This document shows positions 38,839-51,379 of a DNA stretch of 64,000 nt, piece by piece. A model generated the notes under the pieces. That model was not told the origin of the DNA, ran no database searches, and was given only the letters and a program-made list of their open reading frames with translations. The DNA is taken from the NCBI GenBank assembly GCA_050084515.1, contig CM114271.1:44578001-44642000 (forward strand), given 5' to 3'. A program made the position numbers and the translations under genes. The number at the start of each line of letters is the position of its first letter. Position 1 is the stretch's first letter. The stretch comes from Blasia pusilla. Taxonomy: Eukaryota.

Positions 38839-41520
38839 ATGCGGATCCCTGGACCCCTCAACGTACCCAAATCATGCATACTAAATGCAAAACAACTCCT
38901 ATAACTCCTAAGGAACTGGTGTATCTGACGCCGGTCTCCTCTTGTCAACTTAGGGCCCATATCTGGCCCCCAAGTCTCCATCGTAACTCCAGTAGGACTC
39001 TCCGGCGCGGATATCGGTGGTTGCTTTGGTGCAACCCCGTCTTCGACAATAGAACTCTCATCTACATGTGTAGTACCCGGAACGGGGGTTGATATTCTGG
39101 TAGGAGAGAGTAAGAGAGGAGAGGAAGAGAGGAGAGTCTCTCTTAAAAAAAAAGGGCCATATCCGCCTCCTCTCTTAAAATTTTTTTGACATATTTGAAA
39201 TTTTTGTTTGCTTTCAAATTCATGAAATCTTTAGAAGAGAGTAGATAGTGGTCCATATTTGGCCCTAAAAAAACCTCCTTTTTCTTGGGGGCGAAAAAAA
39301 AGTAGACATCATAAGACCACTACAAACATTTTTCCATCACCCTCCATGTGAGCCTAAGTTTCTTAACATTACCTGTCTCGATCTACAATAAGCAATGCCC
39401 ATGGGTATTTTTGTTGGAGGACCACCCGGATGCCAACCTCTCTTTTTGCAGGGATTGTTGCCTGCATCATGGCCTCCCCTAAATTGCCCCATAACCAACT
39501 TTCTGTTGGTTATGAATGGTGTCTGCTCAAGACCAACTTTGTGAAATGTGAACACATGAGAGGATAATTGAACCAAAAGATTGTTAGCTGTCTGGAGTAA
39601 AGAGGAATTGATGTCCCTTCATTCAGATCCTAAAGCAGAGAAACCGAGAACCTGCACCCCTCCCAACCCGTAAGAAAGCTCATCATAAGAAAGGAAAGAT
39701 TTTTAGAAGTGATTTTCTTCCACCCTGCACCCACGACAATCTAACAGGTTGGGAATCCGAAATGGCAATCCGACAGGTAGTAGGAATCTTGCACAACTTA
39801 GACAAGAAAAGAAGCCTACAACTGGTTTGACGAATGTAGGGGAATGAGCCAAAAGTTAAGAAGCCCGCCACAATGCGACAAAAGTTGGTCTCACAGGGAA
39901 AGAGTCCGATCACTCAAGCATCCAACCTGTCGGAATCAGACACCTTGCCTGGAAATGGTTAAAAAGTTGCAGTGGGCAAAAAGCTCAAAGTTGCAACCCG
40001 TCGGAATCATACGGGTTGCAAAATTGTAATTCCGAGTAGCTAAAATAACACAATGCACTAGTCCCAAAAAAATTTCCAGCAAACTTTTACAAACACCATT
40101 GTCGGTTGAAAAAATCTCGACCTTTATTACCTCCGAAGGAACCTCGGAAATATACATTTGACCTAGTCTATGATTTCTTCAGCCTCGTCATCTACAAATT
40201 TACTCCTAACTCTCCTCGGAGACAGTACAAAAGGAATGTCTTGGGATACAAGTGGCTCCTCTGGCCAATTGTAGACGGGGATCGAAAATGTTGGCAAATT
40301 CGAGAGCCTTGGCCCCCCCCTAAGTATGCCATAACGGTCCCATGTAACCTGATTTGAGTCTCACCGCCTTCCTCGGCAGTATACCTTGTACGCTCTGCAA
40401 TGTGACACCCATCTAGTATCAATATGTGCTCTGTCCTTGGTAATACCATTATGGCAATCGCACAGGTGTAGTAGGAATCAACACGCGTCGAGAGAAGAAA
40501 AGAAGCCTAAACGTGCGCTTTTACGAGTTGAGGGGAAGGTGCCAAGGGAAGAAGCCCGCCAGACTGCCTCTTAAATTGGACCAACATGGAAAGAGTCCGA
40601 TCAGGCAACCTGCCGGAATCGGACAGGTTGCCTGGAAGTGGTAAAAAGGTGCTCTCGTCAAAAAGTGAAAAGTTGCATGCAGGAGAAATCCGACGGGTTG
40701 CAAAATAGAAGTCCGCGGAGTACATAGACGATCACATTCGAAAAGACATAAAAAATGTTCAGCAAACTTTTACAAGCACCACCATCGTTCGGAAAAATGA
40801 TCTCCTTTATATCATCCGAAAAAAGCTCGGAACTGTACATTTGATCTATTTTATGAAATCTTTTGCCTCATCATCAAATAACTCCCTACTCCAAACGCTG
40901 CAGTCAAGCTGGATCCTTGAGTTCTTTGAACTCACTCGTCATTGTGTGAGAGCTCTTGCAAAATTACTTTCGGCCTTGCCCTCCCGATTTTCGGAATCGT
41001 TGGAAGTGACAATGGAGTCACTACCAATGGTGGGTCTGGAACCGGAGCTCTCTCCTCTCTCCTCTCTTCCTCTCTTCCTCTCCTCTTACCGCACCTCTAC
41101 CCGGAAGGAACCACGCTCAATGATGTGGCTATCATCTTCTGGCCTACCTGTAAACCATCCCAAGAAGTCCAAGGGTGTCTCTCCCGATCACCCTGGTGTG
41201 TCGATGTCATTGGGTCTCGCCCCTAGCCAGTGCCTCAACCGTCTCGCTAGGCATGGGGGTCCCCAATGCAACTTTTGTGATGTGTCGTATCCTCAAGCGA
41301 CATTGCTCAGCTACTCCTAAGCTGAAAATCCATGTCAAGCAGACCGAAGACATGACGTCGTGATGCCTCCGATAGTGACGGTACTACCGTCACTCTTGTG
41401 GGTAATCCCATCGCTCGCTCTCACTCATTGGCATTGGGCTCCACCAACCTCTGTACTTGGTTATCCCAAACCAAGCTAGGTCCGGCCTCCTTGAATGCAT
41501 AGGAAGCGGGAAAACTCACT
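38839..41520 (-). pseudogene. Fragment of a second DNMT-bearing Gypsy (MTase C-terminus to pre-RT linker), interrupted by a 2-kb MULE
   Basis: VSFPASYAFKEAGPSLVWD..LVEPNANE*ERAMG and ETWGPDMGPKL..LRSYRSCFAFSMHDLGTLRGPGIRI parallel 51000-51630. Confidence 0.8.
39085..41097 (+). mobile_element. Non-autonomous 2-kb deletion derivative of the MULE
   Basis: Both family ends are present. The TSD is TACCCGGAACG (39074-39084) / TACCCGGAAGG (41098-41108), a 10/11 match. Confidence 0.92.
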
Positions 41521-43089
41521 GTCACATTCGAGTAGCCGATAGGCCGAGATCTATCATGGATGGGGCGTAGGAGCCAACGGACAATCTTGATTTTGACTTT
41601 GTCCCACGGTGTCGGATAAGGTTGAGGATAGGTCCATTGTGTCAGGAACGTTGTTTTTGACAACTTTCTTGTTGAGGTCTTTCATAGCCGGATGACTTGT
41701 TGACCAGGTCACCCGCCCCTGGTAACTTGTGCACGCATGGTACCAAGGCGATAGCTATTCTTAGAAAAGAGCCTTTTGGATCTTCCCAACCCTATGTAAA
41801 GGAGGAAGATGGCTTTCCTAAGCCATCTTTCTCATGTTGGGCCATTGGAGCACCTCTCTTGTATGTATGTGAGATAGGACTAGGGTGCTAGCGTCCGGAT
41901 TCCTTAATAACGTAGGGTGGACGAGGCTCGATATGCCGATGTAGATTGAGGAGTGGAGGTTTAGGCCGGGTGTGCCATTTTTACTACTCTTTATTTTTGC
42001 ATGAGAAAGATGTCAGGGGGCTTGTGGGAATTCGTTGTTTGCAGACAGGCAAGCGAGTTGCCTCGATCGGGGATTCCCTGGAGACACTGTGTGACGTTTG
42101 TGTGTCATTTTTATGTTCGGAAGGCTATGCGTGGAAGCGCTGTCCGTTTTTTCTCAGATTTTGCTGGTACGGGTTCATGGGGGATAGCAGCAGGGTGTGG
42201 CGTAGGTTGTGACGGCGGGTGTTCACGAGTGGGTCGTCGACCAATGAGCGGTAAAGGTCACGGAGGTGGCCGGGTGCGGAGGTGCCCCCCCCCATGATGT
42301 GATTGGGAGCGCCATGGTTGGCGACGTCCCACCGCGGTACATACCGGATAAGGTAGGCATGGACGTGGTTAGTCAGACAAATGTAGTCGGGCAAGATTGA
42401 CGTGGTAAAGGCACGGGTGACATGATAGATGGTCTGACATGGTTGAGTTCGGACGGGGTTGAGTTGAGGTTGCGAGGCACGTTTGGGGGTGGCCAGACAG
42501 ATTTTTCAGAGCGTAATATTTTCGGGCGTGACTGGGATTTGTGAGGGTTGTGGTGGAGAGTGTTTTGAGGGAGTGGTAGTGCTGGAGACACATGCACTGA
42601 CGCCGACGAGTAGTCCGCATTTGCTGACGGGAGGTTCGACGTGTTGGTCGAGGAGAGTGTCGTGTTGCAGAGGTTGCCGTACCACATGGAGGAGTGGGTG
42701 TTGACGGTGTGTAGGTTGGAGGGAGTGATGAGGTTACCCATTCGAGTCCCTTCTCCCGCACTTGTTGTATGTGATTGAGAGTGCTCGGTATCGGGTAGTA
42801 TCTCGTGCTAGGTGGATGCACTGATGGTGACGAGTGTAGACTCTTTCCATGTGTAGCATGTTGGTGGATATACGGCGGTTTCCGAGTAGGGGTCGCATGT
42901 ATGACCCGAGGGTGTCGCTAGGTTAGGTGAGTCAGTTGGAAGGCTCATGGTGAGCCCGAGTGTTGAGTGTGCGTGAGGCCGGGTGTGTCATCACGGGATT
43001 GATGTTAGCATAGGTGAGCTAGTGAGGAGTGTGGCAGACTCTCGGTGAGTTTGAGTGCTTGAGCGGGTGAGACAGGGTTTTCATCACGG

Positions 43090-44345
43090 CGTTCTTTCAA
43101 GGTTCGGAAGAACGGGGCAGTGCAAGCAGTAGTAGTGGTGTGATACGGAGTGGAGTGAGATACCGAGGGGTTACGAGCGAGGAGCTACCGCGACATCCAT
43201 CCGCGGCTGGATCATTATCACTAGACATCGGGTCTCGTGACGAGATCGCAGACGGAGGCAGTATCACTTGGCAGGAGATGGACGACATGGGCCATCGGGG
43301 CATACGTCGTTTCTCGGGTGGAGTGGGCACCATCGGCTTAGATGATTTTATCCAGGAGTTCGACATGTGGTGCGACTTCCAGGAGATACGGACCCCGACA
43401 CGGTTCAACCCTTTCATGGCATGGAAGGGGTTGTTCCAGCACTTGGAGGATCCTCTGATGGATGATTATATGGAGTTTCGATCACTATATTCACTAGAGA
43501 TCGATGCCTCGAGGATGTATTGGGCTCCAAGGTATGTGTCCACTAGTGGTCACGAGGCATATGATGGGATCGTGAGAGGAGATATACCCACACCATCAGG
43601 TCGGAGACTAGATGGAGAGGAGGACTCTGAGACAGGCAATGTGGCAGAGACCTCTGGTGGTCGAGGGCCATCCAACTTCAGTCCCACAGTGGAGTTCTTC
43701 TGAAAATTGGGGAAGAGCTATCAGGGCGTACGCACCGACAAGCTGAAGAGTCTACATGATTTTCAGCGACGATCGGGTGAGAGTCTGAAAGAGGCATTCA
43801 CACGCATGAGGACGCTGATCATTGCTACGTATGGAGTGACTGAGGCGCTGTCAGTCCAGTATTGGTACGGGGTTTTGGACCGAGAACTACGGAGGAGAGT
43901 CCGAGATGCGGTGGTGATTCACATAGCGAAGCCCACATTGAAGGTGGTTTTTGAGTTGTCTAAGCGTATTGAACTCAACCTGAGTGAGGAGCAGGTAGTG
44001 ACCGCTGGATTTTCTCGAGAGTCAACGGGTCCTGGCGGCGGTGGATCGCACATGTGCCGGCGAGCACCGTACCACGGGAGCGGGCAGTGTGCCGGAGAGA
44101 GCGAGGCGTCATCGTGAGCCTATGAGGCAACAACCTGTTCCTACATATGTTGCCCAACAGGGACCGATGTTGTCTTGTTAGACGTGTGGAGGAGCCCATA
44201 GGCAGAGAGACTGCACACAGCATGGGAAAGGACCACGAGCGGCTCCGATTGCTCAAGAGCCAGAGAGGATGGCCCCACCACAATACCAGTGTGACTACTG
44301 CCACAGATATGGTCACACTAGGGATAGAGGTTTTGACCTTCGTCA
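43090..44345 (+). pseudogene. Gypsy gag with CCHC-type knuckle (same broad family)
   Basis: ORFs 43140-43703 and 43707-44117 are separated by one stop codon. A degenerate knuckle YQCDYCHRYGHTRDRGFDL follows. Confidence 0.82.
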
Positions 44346-44553
44346 AGGGGCACGTCCAGAGGTAGGTGTCACGTCTTTTGTGTGTGCGTTCGGTGACAAC
44401 AATGTATGTTGTGTAGCGATGTGTATGCGCACGACAATTGTCACATCTTTTAGGATAGATCGGTGAGATTTAGTAGAGCGCCTTCACGAGTAGTGGAGGA
44501 CATGCTCAGTAGGTCGAGGATGATAATAATGTCGATGTCGCTCCTTGACACAT

Positions 44554-46192
44554 TGCAAATCTCGACCCCAACTTGGTCGTGAAGATAACTCTTCCAATCA
44601 GCAAGTTGTACTTCTCTCGTACTGACGCTGCTCAAACCTCTTCGATGTGCGGTGCACGTTCCGCGGTCCGCTGCGGCATTGGCGGCACGGAACGGCTACA
44701 AACGACATGGCACTCGGGAATGGGGTGAGCGGCATTCCCTCCTCAATCAGAAATTCACACGCTCTACTTCTAAGTGAAGGAGCGGATCCGCGATTGAGAC
44801 GGTGCGGTCTGGCCACGGCGCGGCAATCGGCGTCGCGTTGCGGCTACGGGCGTCACGGCACGGTACTCATCCAGCAACTACCAATCACAACATAGCAACA
44901 TGAAATGAAAACTCAAATACCATAACCCGGGGTCATCTGCAATCACTGGTTGATGAAAAAATTGTGATAACGGTGGCGGCGAAACCAAAGTATGTGGTGG
45001 CGGGGCAAGTCAGAGAATCAACGGTGGTCATGGAAGACCCTCCACTCTGTAATGGCGGCAATGGCAACCAAGGGTGGACAACAACCGAACGCATCTCTAA
45101 GCAACGCTAGGCGGCGGCAGAGGCTCACAATGGATGGTGGACGGTTGATGGTAATAGTTGAACGTTGATGGTGATGGTGATGGTTGACCATTGACGGTGA
45201 CTATGACGGCAACTGGTTTAATGTTTGAATAATTTAACCTTGAAAATCATCTAGCAATGGCAGTTTTGCAAGATTGACCATAACTTTTTGCTCTCAACTC
45301 CAAATTGCACATTGTTTGTTGTATAGCGTGCACAGCTTGAGGATCTACAATGAAGTTAAAAAACATTTGAAATCTAACATTTAAGTAAAAATTGACAGGG
45401 ACTGTCGTAAAACCCAATGTCTCTTTCTCCTAAGCAAAATTCGGCAGTGCTTCCACGCTGATTTCTCCCAAAGAAAATGTAAAACCTATGAGAACACAAA
45501 TCAAAAAGCTACATGGTGCTCTCGAGAGCACCGATATGGAGCAATACGCCCCCATACTCAATTCCTATCAAAAATTGGGTAGTGCTTCCGCGTGCCACTC
45601 TTCCGTACAAAAAATCAGCAAAGCAAAACAGCAAACTCGCACGGCTCTTGCTCCGGTGAGCACTCCCATGATCCATGAAGCAGGGGACACAGTCCCCCAA
45701 CTTGTACCAAACATCGAGCAACCAGCAAGCTCCCCATGAAGCTCTCTCACGTACTCAATTTTCTCTTTGTAAAATAAGATCCAATCTCTCTCACAACACC
45801 ATAGTTCTCACATGTGTGCACTCTCACATGTCTCTCTCAATGTCAAACCAAACCCACTCTCCTAATGAGAGGTTTGGGTTACACACACAAGGCAAGCAAG
45901 ACCATAGCTCTGCCGCCTCATGCCAAGAGGTTCAACAAAGAGATAATGAGCTCTCTCTCCTTGAGGTATACCCCTCCGCTCTCCCAAGCTCTCTGCATGG
46001 TAACCTATGCTCCCAAGTCACCTCCTTGGCTCTTGACCTGATGTAAGAGGTCAAGGGCCACTTACCAAAAATATAAAGTTGATCATATACTCAAAATGAT
46101 ACTTACCTAAAATAGTAAGTTTCTCAATATGGCTCCAAATAAGCCGAAACGAAGGGGAAACCTGCTCTCTCACGTTTTATGGGGCCTCAACA
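44554..46192. repeat. Interspersed LTR-like repeat (TG...CA), copy 2
   Basis: TGCAAATCTC...GGCCTCAACA, homologous to 35899-38838. No TSD. Confidence 0.6.
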
Positions 46193-47307
46193 GGTCATCC
46201 ATGATCTATTGAGCCTATTCTACACCAATCACGAAGGCGCTCTACTAGATCTCACCGATCTATCCTAAAAGACGTGACATGCTCTTGTTTATGAGAGGAT
46301 TGTGGCTCATTATAGTATAGGTGTTCATGAGAGGGTCGTCACTCATTATAATATAGATGTTGTAAGGGTTTGAAATGATGCCATGTCGGAGAGCTTCCTA
46401 GCATAAAATGAAAAAAGTTGCCAAAAATCATCGAAATAAATACTTTTGTCGAAAATTTCTTATATTGAAACGTTGGTGGAATTAACAAGATTCGTAGTCA
46501 AATTCTGCAATATAGTACCCTTATCTCTGGAGAGCATTTCTTCATATGGGTAGCATGTGTCTTTATACAAACCCCACAAGGAAAAAAACATTTGAGGTTG
46601 AAAATTCAGCTAAGGACAAGCAAACAACACAGTTGAAATAACTAAAGAATGGTAGAGGGAGGTTGTGTGAGAATCATAACTATTGTTCCATCATATTACG
46701 ATGTTAAGAAATTTCATATCGATATATGTTTAATTTTTGTGACTTGAAACTCTTTCATGTTACTACATTGCAAAAAATTGAGTTGGTGAATCATAATCTA
46801 GTGCGTATGTGAGCCTAGCACAAAGATCCACATCTAGAACTCATTAATGAGAATGGTTAAAAAAACCATAAATTTTTAGTGTTTTACATGATATAATTGA
46901 GTCAACGAGAGCTTTACTTTGTGTCAAAAGTAAGCAAATAATTTTCTTGTGGAAGCTTTTGGGATGACAGTCTTCATCCACCATTCTTAAAGAAGTCAAA
47001 CATCGATTGCAACACCAATAAACAATTTTAGGTGGTAGATATGGTTTTTTATTCACAAAATGGATGAAGTCCAACCTATCACCATTTACTACACAAAATG
47101 GGAAGGAGGAAAATCCTTCTCATTATCAGATATCCTAAATATCTTGATCGGTTCATCTGATCAAACTCCAAAAGTATGGAATTCAACGAGTACTTCTTAG
47201 TTGATTGCAAGAAGATTTTGGTATAAGTTTGTAGATTGCTCTAAGTGGAATGTATGTCTGTCTAACTATGTTCAATGGCATTCAATACAATAGAAAGTAG
47301 TAGTAGT

Positions 47308-47414
47308 TGTTGTGCGAATCCACATCGTCATACAACATACATCGTTGACATACCATACTCACATACGTACATAACATAGACGAGAGTATCCACAAACGCA
47401 AGTGTACCACAACT
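47308..47414. repeat. Repeat A, terminal copy (107 bp)
   Basis: Identical to 47784-47890 except for one substitution that I can see. Confidence 0.96.
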
Positions 47415-47416
47415 GG

Positions 47417-47781
47417 AATCCGTGAAAGACCTACTGTCATAAAACACGTTTACAATCACATACAATCGAGCCAAACCCACTCCACGATGGGAGAATCCAG
47501 GTCGAAGCTTGCGGGAAACACCATAGCCAAGAGCTCTACTCACTACCAAGGCTAACTCCCAACGCAACAGGCTCAACTCAAAGAATCGACTATTCTTTGA
47601 GTGCACTCCACCTTATATCCTCCAACTTAAGAGCGGGCCCTACTGGGAAACTCACCCCCAACTGAGTAACCCCCAACCCTATGTATGGAACCGCATCTCT
47701 ACCAAGCCACTACGGTCCTACATAAGGAATGTCCTCTACTAGCACACTATACTCTACGACATAATCTGTATGGTCATGACA
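47417..47781. repeat. Repeat B, internal copy (365 bp)
   Basis: Matches 56731-57095 with about 8 substitutions, counted by eye. Confidence 0.96.
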
Positions 47782-47783
47782 GC

Positions 47784-47890
47784 TGTTGTGCGAATCCACA
47801 TCGTCATACAACATACATCGCTGACATACCATACTCACATACGTACATAACATAGACGAGAGTATCCACAAACGCAAGTGTACCACAACT
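47784..47890. repeat. Repeat A, internal copy (107 bp)
   Basis: Direct repeat of 47308-47414, joined to B through ATGACA-GC-TGTTGTG. Confidence 0.96.
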
Positions 47891-48064
47891 CGCCCCCTAA
47901 TGGCGGTTAGGTCCTCTAACTCCCAGGTAGCCCTATACATCTACTACATGCTATACACCTTCTTGGGTGCCCGAATCGAAGGCCGGGTGCTAGGTTGCCC
48001 CATCGTTAGTCGCACATCCGTAATCCATATCATGCAAAGATCAAGTCATCTACCTCTCCTAAGT

Positions 48065-48198
48065 ACATCGAGGACAAACCCACCTTCCAAAGAGGAACGA
48101 CATCCAAACGTGGAGTCAAACACATCATGTGCCAACCCCTAGAACACCGATCACACACCAACATACGGGTGCGTTACAGCAGACCCACACAACATGCA
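48065..48198 (-). pseudogene. PHD finger at the integrase C-terminus (not in the ORF track)
   Basis: Manual translation across two frameshifts gives CMLCGS...MLVCDRCSRGWHMMCLTPRLDVVP.GRWVCPRC, a complete C4HC3 pattern. Confidence 0.88.
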
Positions 48199-48299
48199 CC
48201 TCAAGCTAGCACGTATCATGGCTAAGCTTGGGTCAACAAGATACCATCCACATTTGGAAGATGACATGGCGCACAATTACGCAATGGTCCTTCCAAACA

Positions 48300-49400
48300 A
48301 CTCCATCACGACCCTCCAATATGAGAACTCCAGAAGCTAACACCTCGCGACTCGTAAAATAGTGCGGCTGCCGTCACATCCAACGTTGTCGGGGCAATCT
48401 GCTGCAAATAGACATAGTCCCCACATGGAACCTCTAATCGATGGTCGATAACCTCCACCTCGAATGGTTGCATACCGCAACGTATCCTGTGTTGAACAAT
48501 GGCAAGATTCTCAAAGGTGTTGGCATAACTCTCCGAAAGAGCTCCGCCGCTGAGAACACACCTCATCCACATCTCGGGTCATCAAGGTTCACCACCTCAC
48601 TAGACTCCCGACAATTCTTGCTTTGGCAAGTCCGGATCTCGGCCGTATATAAAAGTAAGGTGAGAAGGAAGCCAAGGATGCTTGGCGGCGAACCTATACC
48701 CCATGGCTAACCATGGCAATCTGAATATCCGGTCTCAAGATGCCCCCCCTTCAGAGGGCCATACTTGCGCAATGCCCTCTTCACCGTCTCAACCACACGC
48801 TCGGCCAAACCATCCGCCTCTGGATGATCTCGAGACGTGGTCCGATGATCAATCAACGCCTTGTCACACAAGACCTGAAACTCACCAAACTCAGACGTAC
48901 CCTGGTCAAAGACTTCAGCTGGTGCACCAAAATGACTAAGCACTCTATCCGAAACGCATACGCCGTTCCTCACTCGCCTTGTCCGGTAATGCCACCAACT
49001 CAATCCACTTGGAGAAGTGCTCCACCATCACCAACACATATCGATGATGTAAATAGTCAACCAGCATTAACGGTCCCGCAAAGTCCACACTCCAACGGTA
49101 ACCCAACCCCATAATAGGCAAGGGGTGTAATTGTGGTGTAGGGGCATTAAATGATGCCCTCACCCGGTCACAAACCATACAACGTGACACCAACTGATGC
49201 ACCTGAGTATGCATGCCACGCCACCAATCTTGGCCAAGGAGTAAGCTATACGACGCTTTACCCCAAAATGTCCCAACTCCTCATGGGCATGTCGCACAAT
49301 GCTCTCTCTCGAGCCAAATGTGGCACTACTCGTACTCTACTATCCTCCCACACGCGGAGAATATGTGTTCCCTCCAATCGATACCTCTTAGCACGTTGAA
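48300..49400 (-). pseudogene. Retroviral-type DDE integrase
   Basis: VSRCMVCDR (zinc domain), LHPLP..GLGYRWSVDFAGPL, FGAPAEVFDQG.EF and DHPEADGLAERVVETVKRAL. Confidence 0.93.
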
Positions 49401-49689
49401 GAACACGGTCTCGCTCCTTGGCACTCACTATGCCTGGCACCCTACCGGTCCGTAGGAACTCCAACACCAACGCATCATCATGAATATCACGCTGATCTGT
49501 ACCACCATCTCCAACCTTAGGATCGAAGGTGGCCATCTACCCTCGACTAGAGTAAGATATCATGTGGTCCTCCATACTAGAGTCCACCCCTAACCAACAT
49601 AAAAAGGCGGATGCATGCCAACCTGGCACCATCTCCTCATCAACCTCGCCATGCCATCTAGCCCCTGTTGTATCCTCTTGGCTAGTACA

Positions 49690-51000
49690 TGGGTTCCTAC
49701 TCAACCCATCAGCATCAAGGTTGGCAACTCCAGGTCTATGTACCACCCGGAAGTCATACTCTGTAAGATAAGAGCCCACCGTGCAAGCTTCCTGTAAGCT
49801 TGTCCGACTCCATCAACCACTTGAGCGGTTGGTGATCGAGAACAAGGGTAAATTGGGTGCCAAACAAGTAACACCTAAAGTGTGCCATGAGCCCACACTC
49901 TTGCCAAGCACTCTCCCTCATATGAACTATAGCGCGACTCCGCTGCATTATTCGAACGACTTGCATAGGCCACCACAAACTCCATGTGCTCATCATCATG
50001 TTGTGTCAACACCGCTCCAAGTCCCAACCTACTCCAATCAGTGTGTAACTGAAATGGGCGCCCTCTGATAGGTCTCCTCAAGATAGGCGCCGCCACCAAC
50101 TGGGCCTTAAGCTCCACAAAAGCTCTCTCCTGATCATCTCCCCAGTGCCACTCTTGATATGATTTCAGCAATTGGTTCAAAGGCTTTGCCATAGCACTAA
50201 ATCCCTTCACATACCTCCGATAGTAGTTCGCCAATCCCATGAATGCTCGAACTCTACTCACATCTATCGGACGCGGAATAAGTGCAATAGCCTCCACCTT
50301 TGCTTGCTGAACTCCCAAACCACCTGGATAGATCACATGACCCAAGTACTCAACATCCTCATGGAAGAACTTACACTTTCCTGGATGCAAACGTAGACCA
50401 TGAGCCTTCAACCGCTCAAACACCATCTGCAAATGTATCGATGCTCCTCCACCGTGTTATTCTTGAACACCAAGATATCATCAATGTAACAAGAACAAAA
50501 TCCAACCCCTGCTAGGATCTCCGTCCATCACTCTTTGAAACTTCGGCAGGTGCATTCTTCAACCCAAAGGGTAAGAATTTCCTTTGGTACAAACAATCCT
50601 TGCCATGAGAGTTGACACCCCAAAATCTTGTCTTGGCCTTGTCACTCTCCCGAATCGGCAATTGATGGTATCTGCCGAAGATCAAAATCTTGAAAATCTT
50701 TACTGTCCCACCACATCAAAGATCTCCTCGGTGTAGGCATGGCATACCTATCGGCCTTGGTTTTCCGATTGATAGAACGGTAATCTCCACACATCCGCCT
50801 ATCCGTGTAGTTGCCATGCATATCCTTTTTAGCGAGGCATGACAATGGTGATGCATACTCTCCATGCGACAACTCCACTAATCCGCCTCCAAAGGTCCAA
50901 CGCCCTACTGAATCAAGTCCCTCTCCATATCACTATATCGGTAGGGACGACGGAAGATTGGCGTATCACTAGCCAAATCAATCCGTATACCGGGTCCAAC
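49690..51000 (-). pseudogene. Reverse transcriptase and RNase H (Ty3/Gypsy)
   Basis: RMCGDYRSIN..DRYAMP, LPFGLKNAPA, YIDDILV (~50470), LHPGKCKF..VEYLGH, LHTDWSRLGLGAVL, DHQPLKWL and RPGVANLDADGLSR. Confidence 0.96.
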
Positions 51001-51379
51001 CAGAGAACCCAACTCCTTCATGCTAAAGGCCAAACAACTCCTATAAGCACGTAGGAGGCGTGTGTCAGCGTCGTTTCTCACCTCCCGTAGCTTGGGCCCA
51101 AGTAATGGCTCCCAAGTCTCCTCCCTTTGGCACACTAGAGGGGAGGGGCGATGCCATTGGTCTGCTCATAACCCCCTCACAAGATGGTACACCCTTAGCT
51201 ACACCATCATCGAGCAAATAACTCCTCCACCAAAGCATGAGCAACCAACTCCACATGCCCGACCATTACATCCCATTTACTCCAAGGATGCAAAATACTA
51301 CTCTCCTCGCCTTGGCCGATGCCTCTACCGTCCGGTAGCCATCGAGCTCATTACAAGGGGTGGAAGACCCCCAGACATA

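Noticed and set aside
47435-47781. Conventional 347-bp LTR pair TGTCAT...ATGACA with 56749-57095
   Set aside because: Identity extends ~18 bp past the inner TGTCAT, there is no TSD at those limits, there is no PBS, and it leaves the duplicated 107-bp A repeat unexplained.
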